Of a DNA stretch of 64,000 nucleotides, positions 24,861 through 36,517 are shown one piece after another. This DNA comes from Lama guanicoe. Taxonomy: Eukaryota. How positions within the stretch are numbered: position 1 is the first letter of the stretch; the number at the start of each line of letters is the position of its first letter. The notes under the pieces were generated by a model that was not told the origin of the DNA, did no database searches, and saw only the letters and a list, made by a program, of their open reading frames with translations. A program made the translations under genes and the position numbers. The stretch spans positions 4,481,846 through 4,545,845 of the forward strand of contig MU056737.1 in NCBI GenBank assembly GCA_013239625.1, given 5' to 3'.

Positions 24861-27800
24861 AGGGACCCAAGGCAGAATGGAGCTACGCACCCCCTCCTGC
24901 GGGGACATGCTCCCCGACGGCACCGTGTGACAGGAGGACAGGTCGGCTTGCTGAGGATGGAAGCCGGGTGCTGGACCGATGGCCATGCGGGCGCTGGGCC
25001 TGCACTCACACTGTGCTGCGGCCCCTCAGGAACAAACTCCCAGCCAGCCTGAGCGTAAGAGGCGGTTCCCGGCACGCCTGCCCACCCGGCCCGGTGGGAC
25101 AGTCATGAAAGAAATTCCAGTCCCACGGCTCCTGCCAAACGAGGGGGCGGCCTCCCAGGACAGTCGGGGCTGGTGGCGGCTCAGCGCCAGGAGGCTCGGG
25201 CACGACTGCTGCTTCGCAGAGGTGGGGTTTCCGCCACCGCCCCTGGGGACCGCATCTGCTGGGTCCCCGGGAAGCCCGCCGTCCACCCGGCACTCCCCGT
25301 TCCCTTAAAAGCTGTGATGAAAAATGGAAAACCCTGGGCAGACTGCTGTCACGGATGAAATGTAAAAGGCACAAGCTCGCACAGTGTCCCGGCTGCAAAG
25401 GCAGTGTCGCTGCGTTTGAGCCAGGGCCCTCAGCGAGAGAGGTGCGGGCTTCCAAACACTGACTCTGACCCGGAGTGTGAACGGCGAGCTAGAAGCGTGT
25501 CTGCAGCCACAGGAAGAATGTGCAGAAGAATGTTACAGGTCGACACCTACTTTCCCACCACAAGCCTGGCGCAGAGGGCCAGGCCCCCCGACCGCTCAGA
25601 CTCCACGCTGCATCACTGTCTGCTTGCAAATAGACCAGGCGGTGCAGAAAGAACTGAAATTACCCCTGGTTTGTTCTCAAAGGCCCCAAAGTGGCACCGA
25701 ACGCCTTAATCCCTGAAAGCCTGTGTGAACAGCCATGGCTCCGAGGCAGTGGCCGCGGCCGGGCCAGCTCAGTCGGCGGGGCTCACACCCGTGCAGGGGC
25801 ACTTCGGACAGCCATTCTTTGGTCCTCGTGCAATTCACCCCTTTCAAGAAAAGGAAACGGGAAGAAAGGGTGGGTGTCCAGGCCTGGGGCCTTTGATCAT
25901 CTGATGGACGCGGGGCCAGCAGCGCAGGCCCCCAGCTTCTCAGGCCAGACAAAGGTGGCCCGGCAACACAGGCCCCCGAGCCCGGGCCAGAACAAAGCGT
26001 GGGCGGCCGCTCCCCGCGGCGGCCTGGGAAAGGCCCACCTCGGCTGGCGAGGGGCCGCCCTGCCCTTTGATCTCTCCCGAGACCCTGGTCTGGGCCCCAG
26101 GTCAGGGGATTTCACATCGCACGCCCCCCGGGCAGAGGGGAGCGGGTCAGGAACAGAATGAGGGGTGACCAGCCTCAGAAAGAGCCTGGAGGCGGCCCTC
26201 CCAGGCCGGTTCCACATGGCTGGGCTGCATTGTTGCCGCCGGCCCACCCTTCAAGTGGAATTGGATGGACGTGGCAGACGGAGCTGGTGAATGGCAGGCG
26301 GGGGTGGACGGGGCGGGAAGGGCCCTTCTCCCCAGCTGCCTCTCCGTGAACAGACCTGTGCCCCCAAATCTAGGTTCCATCACGTGGGTGAGGGGACCCC
26401 GAATGCTGAGAGGCACAGTATCCCCCGACCTGAGGCTAGGGCTCCCCGCCCCCCCTCCTTTCCTTGGGGTGAGCCAGGCTCCACGCCATGTAACCTGCGT
26501 GGGTCACAAACACAGGCGCCCCCCACAGACACGCGAGACGCTCTGTGTCCTGGGAAGGGAAACGAGGGACACTACACACGAGGCCGCGGAGAAGGGAGGA
26601 AACACAGATTCCCCTGAGCGCTCCGCCCGCGGTCGCCGCAAACTTGCAGATGAAGAGACACAGCTGCTGGGACGCAGCAGCCGTAATGAACAGGGGCAGG
26701 TGACCTTTCAACTAAAAAAGGTAGGACTGTGTTACGACCTAAAACCGAAACGTGCTGTCAGAAGCGCCGCCTTCTGCCTCGGCTGTTCCTCTGTTTGCAC
26801 GTCCCCGCGCACCGTGGCCTCAGGCGCTGGAAACGGCCCCCGGCGGCTCGGCGGCTCCCCCCCCTTCCCCCCGGCAGGGGCCTGGGGGCCGGGCGGGCCC
26901 CGCTCCGGGCTCCGTCTGGCCCTCTGGTCACTGCTTGCTGTGACAGCCTGCTCGAGCTCCCCAGCCCCTGCGTGTGACACCACAGCGATGGCGTCATCGT
27001 CACACGTCTAATCCTTGGGCTAAAGATGTGTTCCAGTTTCCTTTCTTTCTCAAATCAGGAGAAAACAGAGTCCGGAGAACGCCTGTCTGAGTGGCGGCAT
27101 TTGTGTGAAAAGACATCGGGCAGGAGACAAAGAGTGGGGGCCCTGGAGGGTGGCCGTCCCACGTCACAGCGCACATGTGCACGCGCGCACGGGTGTGTGC
27201 GTGTGGACACAGAGAGGGCGGCTTTTCCACAGGCAGGAAGGAGACCATAAAACGCCACCCCCCATCACCCCCGCGCCTCCCCGCTGCTTCTTCCTCAAGC
27301 TCCGGGCGGCATCCGGACGGCGGGGAAGGGTCTTCCCAGGCCCTCTGCTCTGTGCTGATGCGCGGCTCCCCCAGGGGCGGGTCTGCAGAGTCTTCTCCCA
27401 GACATGCCCGTGGTGATCTCCCCGGCCTCTAGGGGGACCCCTCACGGGTTTGTCCCGGGGAACACACTTGAGGGGCCGCTGGCCCCGCTCAGTCCCCGCA
27501 CTGTCCTGGGACGAGACGCGCCCAGAGGGTTAGACTTCACCCAGGTGATGGCCTCGCTGCTGGGCTGCTCTCGAGCCCAAGCTCCCGGGCGCCGTCTTTA
27601 GGAGGAAGCGGCCCAGGCCGCAGGGAGTGGGTCACTTGGGTAAAACAATGTTACCAGGGGTGCCCAGCAGTGACCTGCTTTAGAGACAGCCCCCACCAGA
27701 GATTTTAGGTAGCTCTGGAGTGAAGCCTGAGTTTTGCAGACGTAGTCTTAACACCAGGAAGGATATATTGAAGGGTATTCTGAGCCGCTACAACACTGAA

Positions 27801-28027
27801 GGACCCAGGCGGCCTCCTCCCAGTTCCGAAGCTAACACACGCCGTCCTCAGCAAGCAGCTACCCAGCACCCACTGCGCACTCTGCCAAGTGCTCTCCCCC
27901 AGGGGGACATGGCGACCAGGGAGCAACTGCGGAAGCCAACCTGCTTGCTGCAAACAGCTTTCCCATGATCTGGGGAAGGGACAACAGGCTAATTTTCCCC
28001 AAGGCCTCCCGTGACTAGTGCACCGCG

Positions 28028-28041
28028 GTTGCCATGGCAAC
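28028..28041. promoter_or_regulatory. Perfect RFX X-box palindrome GTTGCCATGGCAAC
   Basis: Exact 14-bp palindromic consensus about 45 bp into intron 21. Protein binding is not demonstrated. Confidence 0.55.
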
Positions 28042-28084
28042 GCCGACCTCAGCGCCGAAACAAAGCAGCGGCTCTGAGTCTTAC

Positions 28085-28149
28085 CTTTGGCCATCTTATT
28101 GAGGACCATGTCGATCAGGACGTAGGTGCCACTTCTGCCTGCGCCGTCA
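28085..28149 (-). CDS. PTPRN2: PTPRN2 coding exon (~exon 21), 65 bp: (S)[21 protein letters not shown](G)
   Basis: Acceptor ...ccttctgttgacag|T GAC and donor AAA G|gtaaga. Completes the signature motif [11 protein letters not shown]. Confidence 0.97.
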
Positions 28150-28360
28150 CTGTCAACAGAAGGAGAGAGGTGAAGACACACTGGGCCACGCCGTCCCCAC
28201 TCCCCACACGCCAACCACAGCGTCTTCCCTCTGCTCGAGTGGGGCCCACGAGAGGAGGCAGATGGAGGCGGGGAATTTGAGAAACAGAAAGTGGGACGAG
28301 GAAGAATCAGGGTAGGAGGAGGGAGGAGGATGGGAACAGAGATGGGGAGGGGGGTGAGAG

Positions 28361-28597
28361 NNNNNNNNNNNNNNNNNNNNNNNNNNNNNNNNNNNNNNNN
28401 NNNNNNNNNNNNNNNNNNNNNNNNNNNNNNNNNNNNNNNNNNNNNNNNNNNNNNNNNNNNNNNNNNNNNNNNNNNNNNNNNNNNNNNNNNNNNNNNNNNN
28501 NNNNNNNNNNNNNNNNNNNNNNNNNNNNNNNNNNNNNNNNNNNNNNNNNNNNNNNNNNNNNNNNNNNNNNNNNNNNNNNNNNNNNNNNNNNNNNNNN
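28361..28597. other. Assembly gap (237 N) in a G/A-rich tract
   Basis: N run. Confidence 0.99.
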
Positions 28598-30278
28598 GGG
28601 GAGGGGAAGAGCGGGAGGAGGGGGGGGAGGGGGCTGGGAGAGCTTTCAGCCCTGAGCTAACAGCAGTGCGGATTAGCTATTGTGCCTGTGCTGATTTGTT
28701 TCTTTCTGCCTTTTTTCCCTCCCCCTTCGGCCAATTTTGACATGGCAAATTTTATCAGGAAAAAAAACGAAATAAAGAAATGCCCGGCTGTGTCAGAGGT
28801 GAGGCACTTGTGTTCCGAGCATCTGCAAGAGGCCATGTGTGCCAGGGGAGAGTGAACGGCCGGGGTCGGGATCCAGGACCCTGGGGGGCACCCGGCCCCC
28901 ACTCAGGAGCGGGGCCGACACGTTGTCTGGTGCACGTCTTCTTGTCCCCTGGTTATAACTGGATATTTACCATCTGGACCAGAGTTGTAAACGTGTTCTT
29001 AATTGTGGCTCAAGAATCACAAATGCGAGAAAGGAAGAGTCCTCTTCCGGGAGGAAGGTGGCCCCAGCGCCGTTTCCGCGCACGTTTCGTCACTCGGCCG
29101 CCCCTTGTCAAGCAGGGCTGGGCTCGTGCCCACGAGCGCTTGGAAGTGCAGGACGCTGACATTTGTACCCTTGGCAAAATCCTCCGACTTCAGGAGAAAA
29201 TGAGAGTTCCCTTTCAGGACGCCGGGAGCCCTGTGACCGCACGAGTGTGCTCTGAGCTTCCGATCTGGAGGCCCGAGGACCCGTCCCTGTCGGCGCGCCT
29301 GCAGGCTGACTTTCTCCAGAAGGGCCGCTGAGTTTGGCCTCAACACATTTCTCAAACAAATGGTTGGAAAAGCTGTGGTTGGAAAGAGACTCATTCCACC
29401 TGTGTGCTGTGGAGGTGGGGCTGCAGCCAGGCCGGCCCTCGCCGCTGTCACAAGTGCCTGCGGTCTCGCTCCTGGTGTCAAGGGCTTCCTCGCTTTTCTT
29501 CTGTGCTTGTTAACTCACAAAGCACGACTCTCCCCAGATCCACTGCGGAGACCGCTGCCTCCCTGCTCCCGGCTGGGCTCCGTTTACGGGTGAAAGATGC
29601 TTTAGTCCACTCTTTCCAGGGGGACCATCCTCTGCTGTCACAGACCGACACGGAAACACACACACGCACACACAGACTCAGACACACCCACACAAGCAGA
29701 CACACTCTCACAGGCACACGTGTGCACTTCTTGACTGAATGGATGGACTTGGTGTCTGGCCTTGGGAGATCTAGTTCCTTTTTATCCCAGGCTGAAAGGA
29801 ATATTCTGGGAGGCAGGTCTAGATGATGGCGCACAGGTCCTCCCCGAGACGGGCGAGTGTGGAGCCCAGGGGCGCGGCCCTCAGCACGAGTTTTCTTTGA
29901 CTGGATCAGCTCTTCCAGGTTGGGAGTAACCCGTGTGAGTGCATGAGCCGCTGACTTTCACCCAGAGGACTCCCCTTGTGACCCCAGGCTGTGTCCCTGC
30001 TCATGACGGGCCCCAGCTGAGCATCCACATGGGGTCCCGAATGCTGGCCACGTCGCTGGTGCCGAGACCCCGCCCTGCACAAACACTCCGTCTCAGAGTG
30101 TGTGTGGTGGTGCTGTGAGGGTTCGAAACCTGGTTTGAATGAGTTTGTATCCCTGGCTTCCCCTAGAGGTGCAGTTAGAGGCGGGCACTACGCAACAAGG
30201 GAGCTCAGCTCCTAGACTTAACCGTGTTTATTCTGAGGTAGCGAACACTTCTGAAACCAGGTTAAAAGTTGTACTTGC

Positions 30279-30332
30279 CTGCAGTGGACAATTATTGGAC
30301 AAGAACGGCCCCTGTAGCACTTGTTTACTTTT
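30279..30332 (-). CDS. PTPRN2: PTPRN2 coding exon (~exon 20), 54 bp: (R)KVNKCYRGRSCPIIVHC(S); GC donor
   Basis: Acceptor ...tctctttatttcag|A AAA GTA. The exon ends CAC TGC AG|gcaagt, a non-canonical GC donor, and the frame only continues into the next exon with this donor. Confidence 0.95.
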
Positions 30333-33037
30333 CTGAAATAAAGAGAGACAGAGAAGTTACAGTTATGCACTCTGCCTCTTGCGGCCACCACCCCAAAGAA
30401 CAAACAGAACAGCTCCGGGACGTCCTTTTGCCACAGCCCGTTTTGACAAAGGAAATCAGAACTACACACGCGTTTTCAAAGGTTTATTTTTCTTTTCAAG
30501 GTTAAGTTGTTCAACAGACCTTTGAAACATTCCTCACATTTTCAGTGTTCCTTCTCCCTTTACAGGTGTGAGCTCTGGCCTGAGGACCGTGGCCCCCCCC
30601 AGGCGTCCTTGCTGCTGCTGCAAAACGTCTAGATGCCTCACTGAAAGTTCTGGTTTTGCCATTTCTGCTCCAGATTTTTTACAGACTGGGCAGCACCCTG
30701 GAACGTAGTATCACCTTGGTATCTCGCAAAGCATCTCACAGACACTTTTTGGTCGGTCAGTTTTGCAAGGATATCTAAATCACAGAGAGACCGCAGTTAC
30801 ACCCAAGACGAGTCTTTCTATTTTCATGAATTTGATTATGTTCAAAAGCAACTCTGTGGTGCAGACTTTAGATCAGAGTTTATGAAAACGGACAATCAGC
30901 ATAGAGGAAGGTTCTGTAACCGAGTCCTCAATCAAAGCAGCGCCGATTTAAAATTCACTGTATAAGCTTGACCTTTTTGGTAATTCAGTGAAACAAATAA
31001 ACAGGTTTACAAAGTGTATCAAAATTCACAGTGAAGTATTTCTAAATAAAGAAAATCAAAGACAGAATTTTGGTTAATTGGAAGGGAAAATGCATGAAGG
31101 GTGTGCCCTAAAATGTGTGGTATGAATTTCCACAAAATGACGTGAAGCAAAATTTGGAATAGTGACAGAGCAGAGGACTCCGTCCCCAGCCGGAAGCGGG
31201 ACGGCCACAGCTCTCTGCAGAGGCTCGCCTGCTCAGCACAGAACAGTCCGTTGATAGTGAAAGTCCAGCTGGCCAGCTTTTCTGCTACAAATGCCTAAAA
31301 GCCGAGGGGAAAAGGAGGCGGGGCGGGGAGGCGGAGCAGGAACTGACTGGCGAGCAGAGGGGGTGTGGCCGGTGTGGAGCCCGGCGACGGGGTTGTTCTG
31401 CTTTCCTGCTTCTGCTGTGGAGCGAACAGAATGAGGTCCCGCTGCAGGGAGCCCCCGTCCCCCTGAGCAGCACAAGGTGGGTGGCGGGAGGCACCTGAGG
31501 AGCGCCCCACCCAGGCCCAGCAGGGCAGCACAAGCCCTGTATGCCCCGAGTCTAAACCCAACATGGAAGCTGTGGGCCTCGAAGAGCTGGGGGGTGAGCA
31601 CCCAGAACACGGGCAGCACAGGCCCCCGAGGCCACGTCGCCGTTCCTGCCGGAGCCTGGCCTTGTTTTTGACGTGCACCCTGATATTAAGGTTCAGGGGA
31701 GGTGAGCAGAGGAAGGTGGGCTTATTAAAGTCGAAGGCACGTCAGTGCCTGAATGCCCTCAGCCTTCCCTGCCCTTTGAGGATGAAACAGATCGGAAAAT
31801 AGACCCGCTTGCTCCTCCTCCTCAAATCTCCTGTTCTCGACTCGGGTTGTCAAGGCAACGTGAGCTTCAGTTCCGACAAATAGGTGCCAGGCCAGAGGAC
31901 GAGCCTCCCATGTGCGCGGCGGGGCGCCCGCCAGCTCAGTGAAGGCCGTGCGCATGCAAGTGTGCAGACGTGCGCTGTGTCCCGGCAGGTGCACAGGCGC
32001 GCGTGCGTGCACTAGGGCTGCGTGAGCTCACCCGTCAGGCCAGAGCTGGCGGCTCCGCACCTCCCAGCCGTGTGCTGCCGGGGAAGCTCTCAGTCGCTGA
32101 GTCTTTGCAGTGGGGGCCGCCTCGGCTCCGCAAATTCGGCATGTCGGTGCTCCCGGCCTGATGGTCTGGCCTGCGTTTCTAAAGACTGAACTCGACTTTT
32201 GGTCAATTGCTAAGTTTTGCTCTCTCTTTTTTTTTTTTTGATGGGACCAAGCACAGAAAAGGTATGTTAAAAAAGAATAAACATACCAACCAGAGACCCT
32301 TCTTTAAATGGTCCTGCTTTCAGGAAACAAGAATGGAAGGAGTCGGCAGGCAGAAGTGCTCCATCTACACCGGCCAGGCCCTGCTTTGACAAAATGCAGC
32401 AAGAATAACCTCCTTGGCTGAGACGTGCTGCTAACAGGCGACCTGCTGGCTGCCTTGGCTGTGCCTTGCCTCTCAGTCCTGCAATTCCTGTCTCTACGGC
32501 ACGTCTAAAACATGACTGTCTCCAGCAGGGCTGTGCCTGGGCAGGACCAAGGAAGGTTTCACTGTAATGTCAGTGTCCAAGCCGGCCCCGCCCTGTGCTA
32601 ACCCTATTTACAAGCAGCCCCAGGCAGTCGAGGAGACGCGCAGTGAAGACATGTGTGCTGCTGCGGTGGAGAAGTTTATTCACAGAGGGCCAAGCACTCG
32701 CATCATCACAGCACAGAGCACCAGGTCAGGGGGCAGGGGCACCGCAGAGTCAGCAGAGGCGTCCATCTGGTTGACCCGAGGGAGTGGTGCACACGATTGG
32801 TGAAGATGAGCGGTGCACAGCGGTCTTATTTTACTTTTTCTAGAACAAATCAACAGGAAGCAAAAGGCCGTGGACACCGAGGACACGGATGTCGTATACA
32901 CTCCACAGGAGGAACGCACTGAGAAAGAACGGTTAGTGATACAAACCGACCCGCCGGGCACTGAGTGAGAAGGAACCGCCGTGCAACCAACCGCAAGCAG
33001 GGCTCAGAGGTCGTTAGAGGCTCAGAAAGGGGCTTCC

Positions 33038-33169
33038 NNNNNNNNNNNNNNNNNNNNNNNNNNNNNNNNNNNNNNNNNNNNNNNNNNNNNNNNNNNNNNN
33101 NNNNNNNNNNNNNNNNNNNNNNNNNNNNNNNNNNNNNNNNNNNNNNNNNNNNNNNNNNNNNNNNNNNNN
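33038..33169. other. Assembly gap (132 N) in intron 19, at the expected position of MIR153-2 (the hairpin itself is not visible)
   Basis: The N run is seen directly; the miRNA assignment is positional inference only. Confidence 0.99.
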
Positions 33170-33240
33170 TGTCCACTCTTACAGTGAGCAGCGTTAGTGG
33201 TGTCATTGCGCACAGCGGACATGAGCAGCACAGAGGATGG

Positions 33241-33276
33241 AGAGAGAGAGAGAGAAAGAGGGAGAGAGAGAGAGGG
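33241..33276 (+). repeat. (GA)n microsatellite, imperfect
   Basis: agagagagagagagaaagagggagagagagagaggg. Confidence 0.9.
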
Positions 33277-35185
33277 AGCTCTTCTGCAGCAAAGACCTCA
33301 ACATGTGATGCTAATTATCTCTTAGCTTAGCAGCTTCTCTTTAAAGTGTAAATGTGCTCCCTCTGGGCGCCAGGAAGATTTAATTACACATCTCGGTGTC
33401 TGAGGAACACACAAGCCGGAGCAGGGGCTGCTGGTCTACTGCTCCAAGGAGGCTGAGCAGCCCTGTCGCGTGGAAATGACCAGCGTCTTCCACGGGGGCA
33501 GCCGCGCCTCCCGGTTCCGGACACCTGGGCGCTGTTGTACAGAGGAGATCCCAAAGCAGCAATCCGTGTGTAAGCGTCACGGGCCCTGAGAACGCGCTGT
33601 CCCAGGGTCCGGGGCCCGCGGGAACGGCCTCGCCGCCACGTGAGGGCAGGAGGCGCTGGCTCTAACGGACGCCCCAGCCCTGTCTGGGCTCACCGTCCTT
33701 TCAGCTGACACAGCCTTCTGGGGCCCTGTCCCCTGGGACTCTGCACAGAGGGGTTTGGGAATTCGACGTTTCTTCGTGGTGAACTGCGAGCACAGAGGCT
33801 GGTTCTGTGTTGTGCACGTCCCTGTGGGGATGTGGAGACAGACCCGCCCACACGCACACATGTACAGACACGCCAGCGGGGCGTGAAGACCAAGAGAACG
33901 GGGAAGCCGCGGCCCGGCAGCTACGCCCTCTTTGCCAGCAATGACTGTGGTTTGAAGACTCCATCTCGGGAGATGTGGACGAGGTAAGGTCTTTAGCAGT
34001 ACACTTGCACTAAGAAAACGTAAATAATGGCCAGGCTACCAGGACGGATGAGGGAGGACCTGTTCCAGGTGCGTCCAGGTCTCCGTGCGGTGCCCCTGGG
34101 GAGGGGACGCTGTGTCACAGGGGTGACAAACGCTCGTCTCTGCTGGAGCTCTTTCCCATGCTATTTGACACAAAGAGCTACTCAAATTAAAAAAAATTGT
34201 TTTGCTTTTCAAAAGTGGACTAACAGGCAAAAGAGGTGGCATCAGAATCACTTTCAGAATCTGAGGCACAAATTCAGGAAACCCAGGTACGCCTGGAACC
34301 CCACCTTGCCGACAACTCCTGCCAGTTCAGCCTCCCTCCGGTTACAGGACTGCGGGCTCTTCAGACACAAACCGCTTTACGGTCACGTGCAGTTAAGGGG
34401 ATTCAAGTGCATTTTGTCCTTACTCTCGAATTCCTGGTTTGAATACTTATCTGTTCCCCGTCCTAGGTGGGTCTCCAACCAGATAAACGAGAGAGGCTCT
34501 AGAAAGCTCGGCGCCTGCTCCACATGCCGTTTGTGGTTCACCGGCTTCGTTCTCTCGGCAGGTGCTTGTTCATCCACCACCACCGACAGCCAGCGCCCAC
34601 CGACTGCCGTCACCAGCTCTGACGTGCAGGCAGAGCTTCTGTCCTACGCTCTGCTTTTCCTTTTGCGTTGTCAGTATCCTCCTAGCATTTATTCAGTCAA
34701 CACACTCTAAAACCATGGCCTGATGGGCGACCGGCTGACTAGAGCTTGAACGAAGGACTGGCTGTTTTTAAACTGGCAGCTTCAAAACTGCACTGCAATT
34801 ACGTGGTCACGTGCTAACTCCAGCCAGGCGTTCATCCGAGACCGTCCAGTTCAGAATCTGGGCCTACACCTAACTCACCGCCGTGTCTAAGCAGATGAGT
34901 ATCCAGACTAACATCCTGTGACGTCACCACTTGAAGGCCCACGGATCCAAGATCTCTGTCCCCCTCACTCTGTAACCCCACGAAGGCTAGAAGACACCTT
35001 GCAACTAGTATGTGACTAAATGTAACTCCCCTCCCTTCTGCCGCATAAAACATAAATGCATCTACAACATGCACGTCTCACAGCCGTTGGCACCGCAGAC
35101 ACGGCAGCCCTGGCGCTGAGCGGCCCTCCCTCCCCTGGCGCCCACGCTCCGGACGCCTCCCTGGCCAGCGGGCTGCGGGTTTTAC

Positions 35186-35352
35186 CTGCGGAAGTCCAGG
35201 AGGGACCGCGTGGAGGCCGGCACGGCCTGGTCGTGCCAGCTCAGGAAGTGGAACTGGCTCACGGTGCGCGTCTCACTGGTCCGCAGGTTCTTCAGGTAGA
35301 AGCTCCTCACCAGGAAGTCCTCGCACCAGATGTGCTCGGAGACCAGGTTCAC
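35186..35352 (-). CDS. PTPRN2: PTPRN2 coding exon (~exon 19), 167 bp: [55 protein letters not shown](R)
   Basis: Acceptor ...cctcccccag|GTG and donor CGC AG|gtaaaa. Contains the WPD-loop-equivalent segment. Lies inside ORF 35182..35502(-). Confidence 0.97.
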
Positions 35353-35519
35353 CTGGGGGAGGGGCGGGGCGGGGACAGAGGCAGGCGTTGGCCGGGAGCC
35401 CGAACACCACGGAGCCAGTGGGCGGGGAGGGGGGCGGGGTGTGGGCGTGACCGCAGCGGCAGGCGGGCGCCCACCTTCCCAGCTGTGACACGTTGTGCAC
35501 AAACCATTGCTGCCTGGTT

Positions 35520-35596
35520 GTTTTTCTTAATTAAAAAAAATTTTTTTTATTAAATTTTTTTCTTAAATGTTTTAAAATTTTTTCTAAATTTTTTTG
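35520..35596. repeat. AT-rich low-complexity tract in intron 18
   Basis: Alternating T and A runs. Confidence 0.8.
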
Positions 35597-36397
35597 TCAC
35601 TGGAGGGCCCAATTATTTGAAAAATTAATTGAAAAAAGTGGTACAATCCGAAACTATTTAGTGTTGGTCTTTTCTAAGCCATTTAAACCTTCAAGAAAAA
35701 TCATCAGAGAAAAATTACACTTCTGACCAGAAACAGCAATGGGTTCCACCCAGCGGGGCCCCACTCGCTCTGAGACTTCACCATAGACAAGCTCCCAGCT
35801 CAGGGCAGGGACCCGAAAGCCCCAGCCGACTCGGGGAGGACTCTACGCTTCCAGCCAGGTTTCTGCTGTGGGTCTTGGGCGTTCTGACTAATTTCAGAGC
35901 CCGACACGGCTAAAGGAGGCGCTGGGCACTGGCTTAACTGCCGGGTTTATTTAGCCCCTTCTCGACGTGGACAGAAAGTCCAGGAGGAGAAACAAGCTCC
36001 CAGCAGGTGACCCCCAAGTAAAGGGCCAAGCGTCACGAACACAGACGCCCGCGACCCTCGAGGGCCCGGTGCGGGGGCCAGCCACCAAGACTTAGGGTCA
36101 CCGGAGGCCTGTTATCCAGAACTGGGCTCAGCTGACCACCCAGTGAGGTCATTTTTGAGGTCCTTTCTGTCCGAACTTAGATTCATAAAACTTGAAAATG
36201 AAACCCATGCCATTCTGCCAGTCCCTGGGGCACAGCTGCCTGGAGGGTCTGGGTGTCTGCTGCCTGCGGGAGGGGATGCCTCCTGTGGGCACCGACTGCC
36301 CGGTGAGGCCTCAAGGGACAGCAGCCAGTATCTGCACAGGGCAGGCCCACCCGCACCCGCCATGGCCCATGGCCCGTGGCGCCTTTGGGGCCGGTAC

Positions 36398-36517
36398 CTC
36401 GTAGATGTGGTAGAGGTTGGAGCCTTCATCCGGCCAGTAGTGGTAGCACTGCCTGACGCCGTTCTCCGAGAGGGGGGTCAGCATGACGATGACCACGCAG
36501 CCACTCTCCCACACCAT
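36398..36517 (-). CDS. PTPRN2: PTPRN2 coding exon (~exon 18), 120 bp: [40 protein letters not shown]
   Basis: Acceptor ...cggtccacag|ATG and donor GAG|gtaccg. Contains the IVMLT and CxxYWP motifs. Visible inside ORF 36311..36559(-). Confidence 0.97.
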
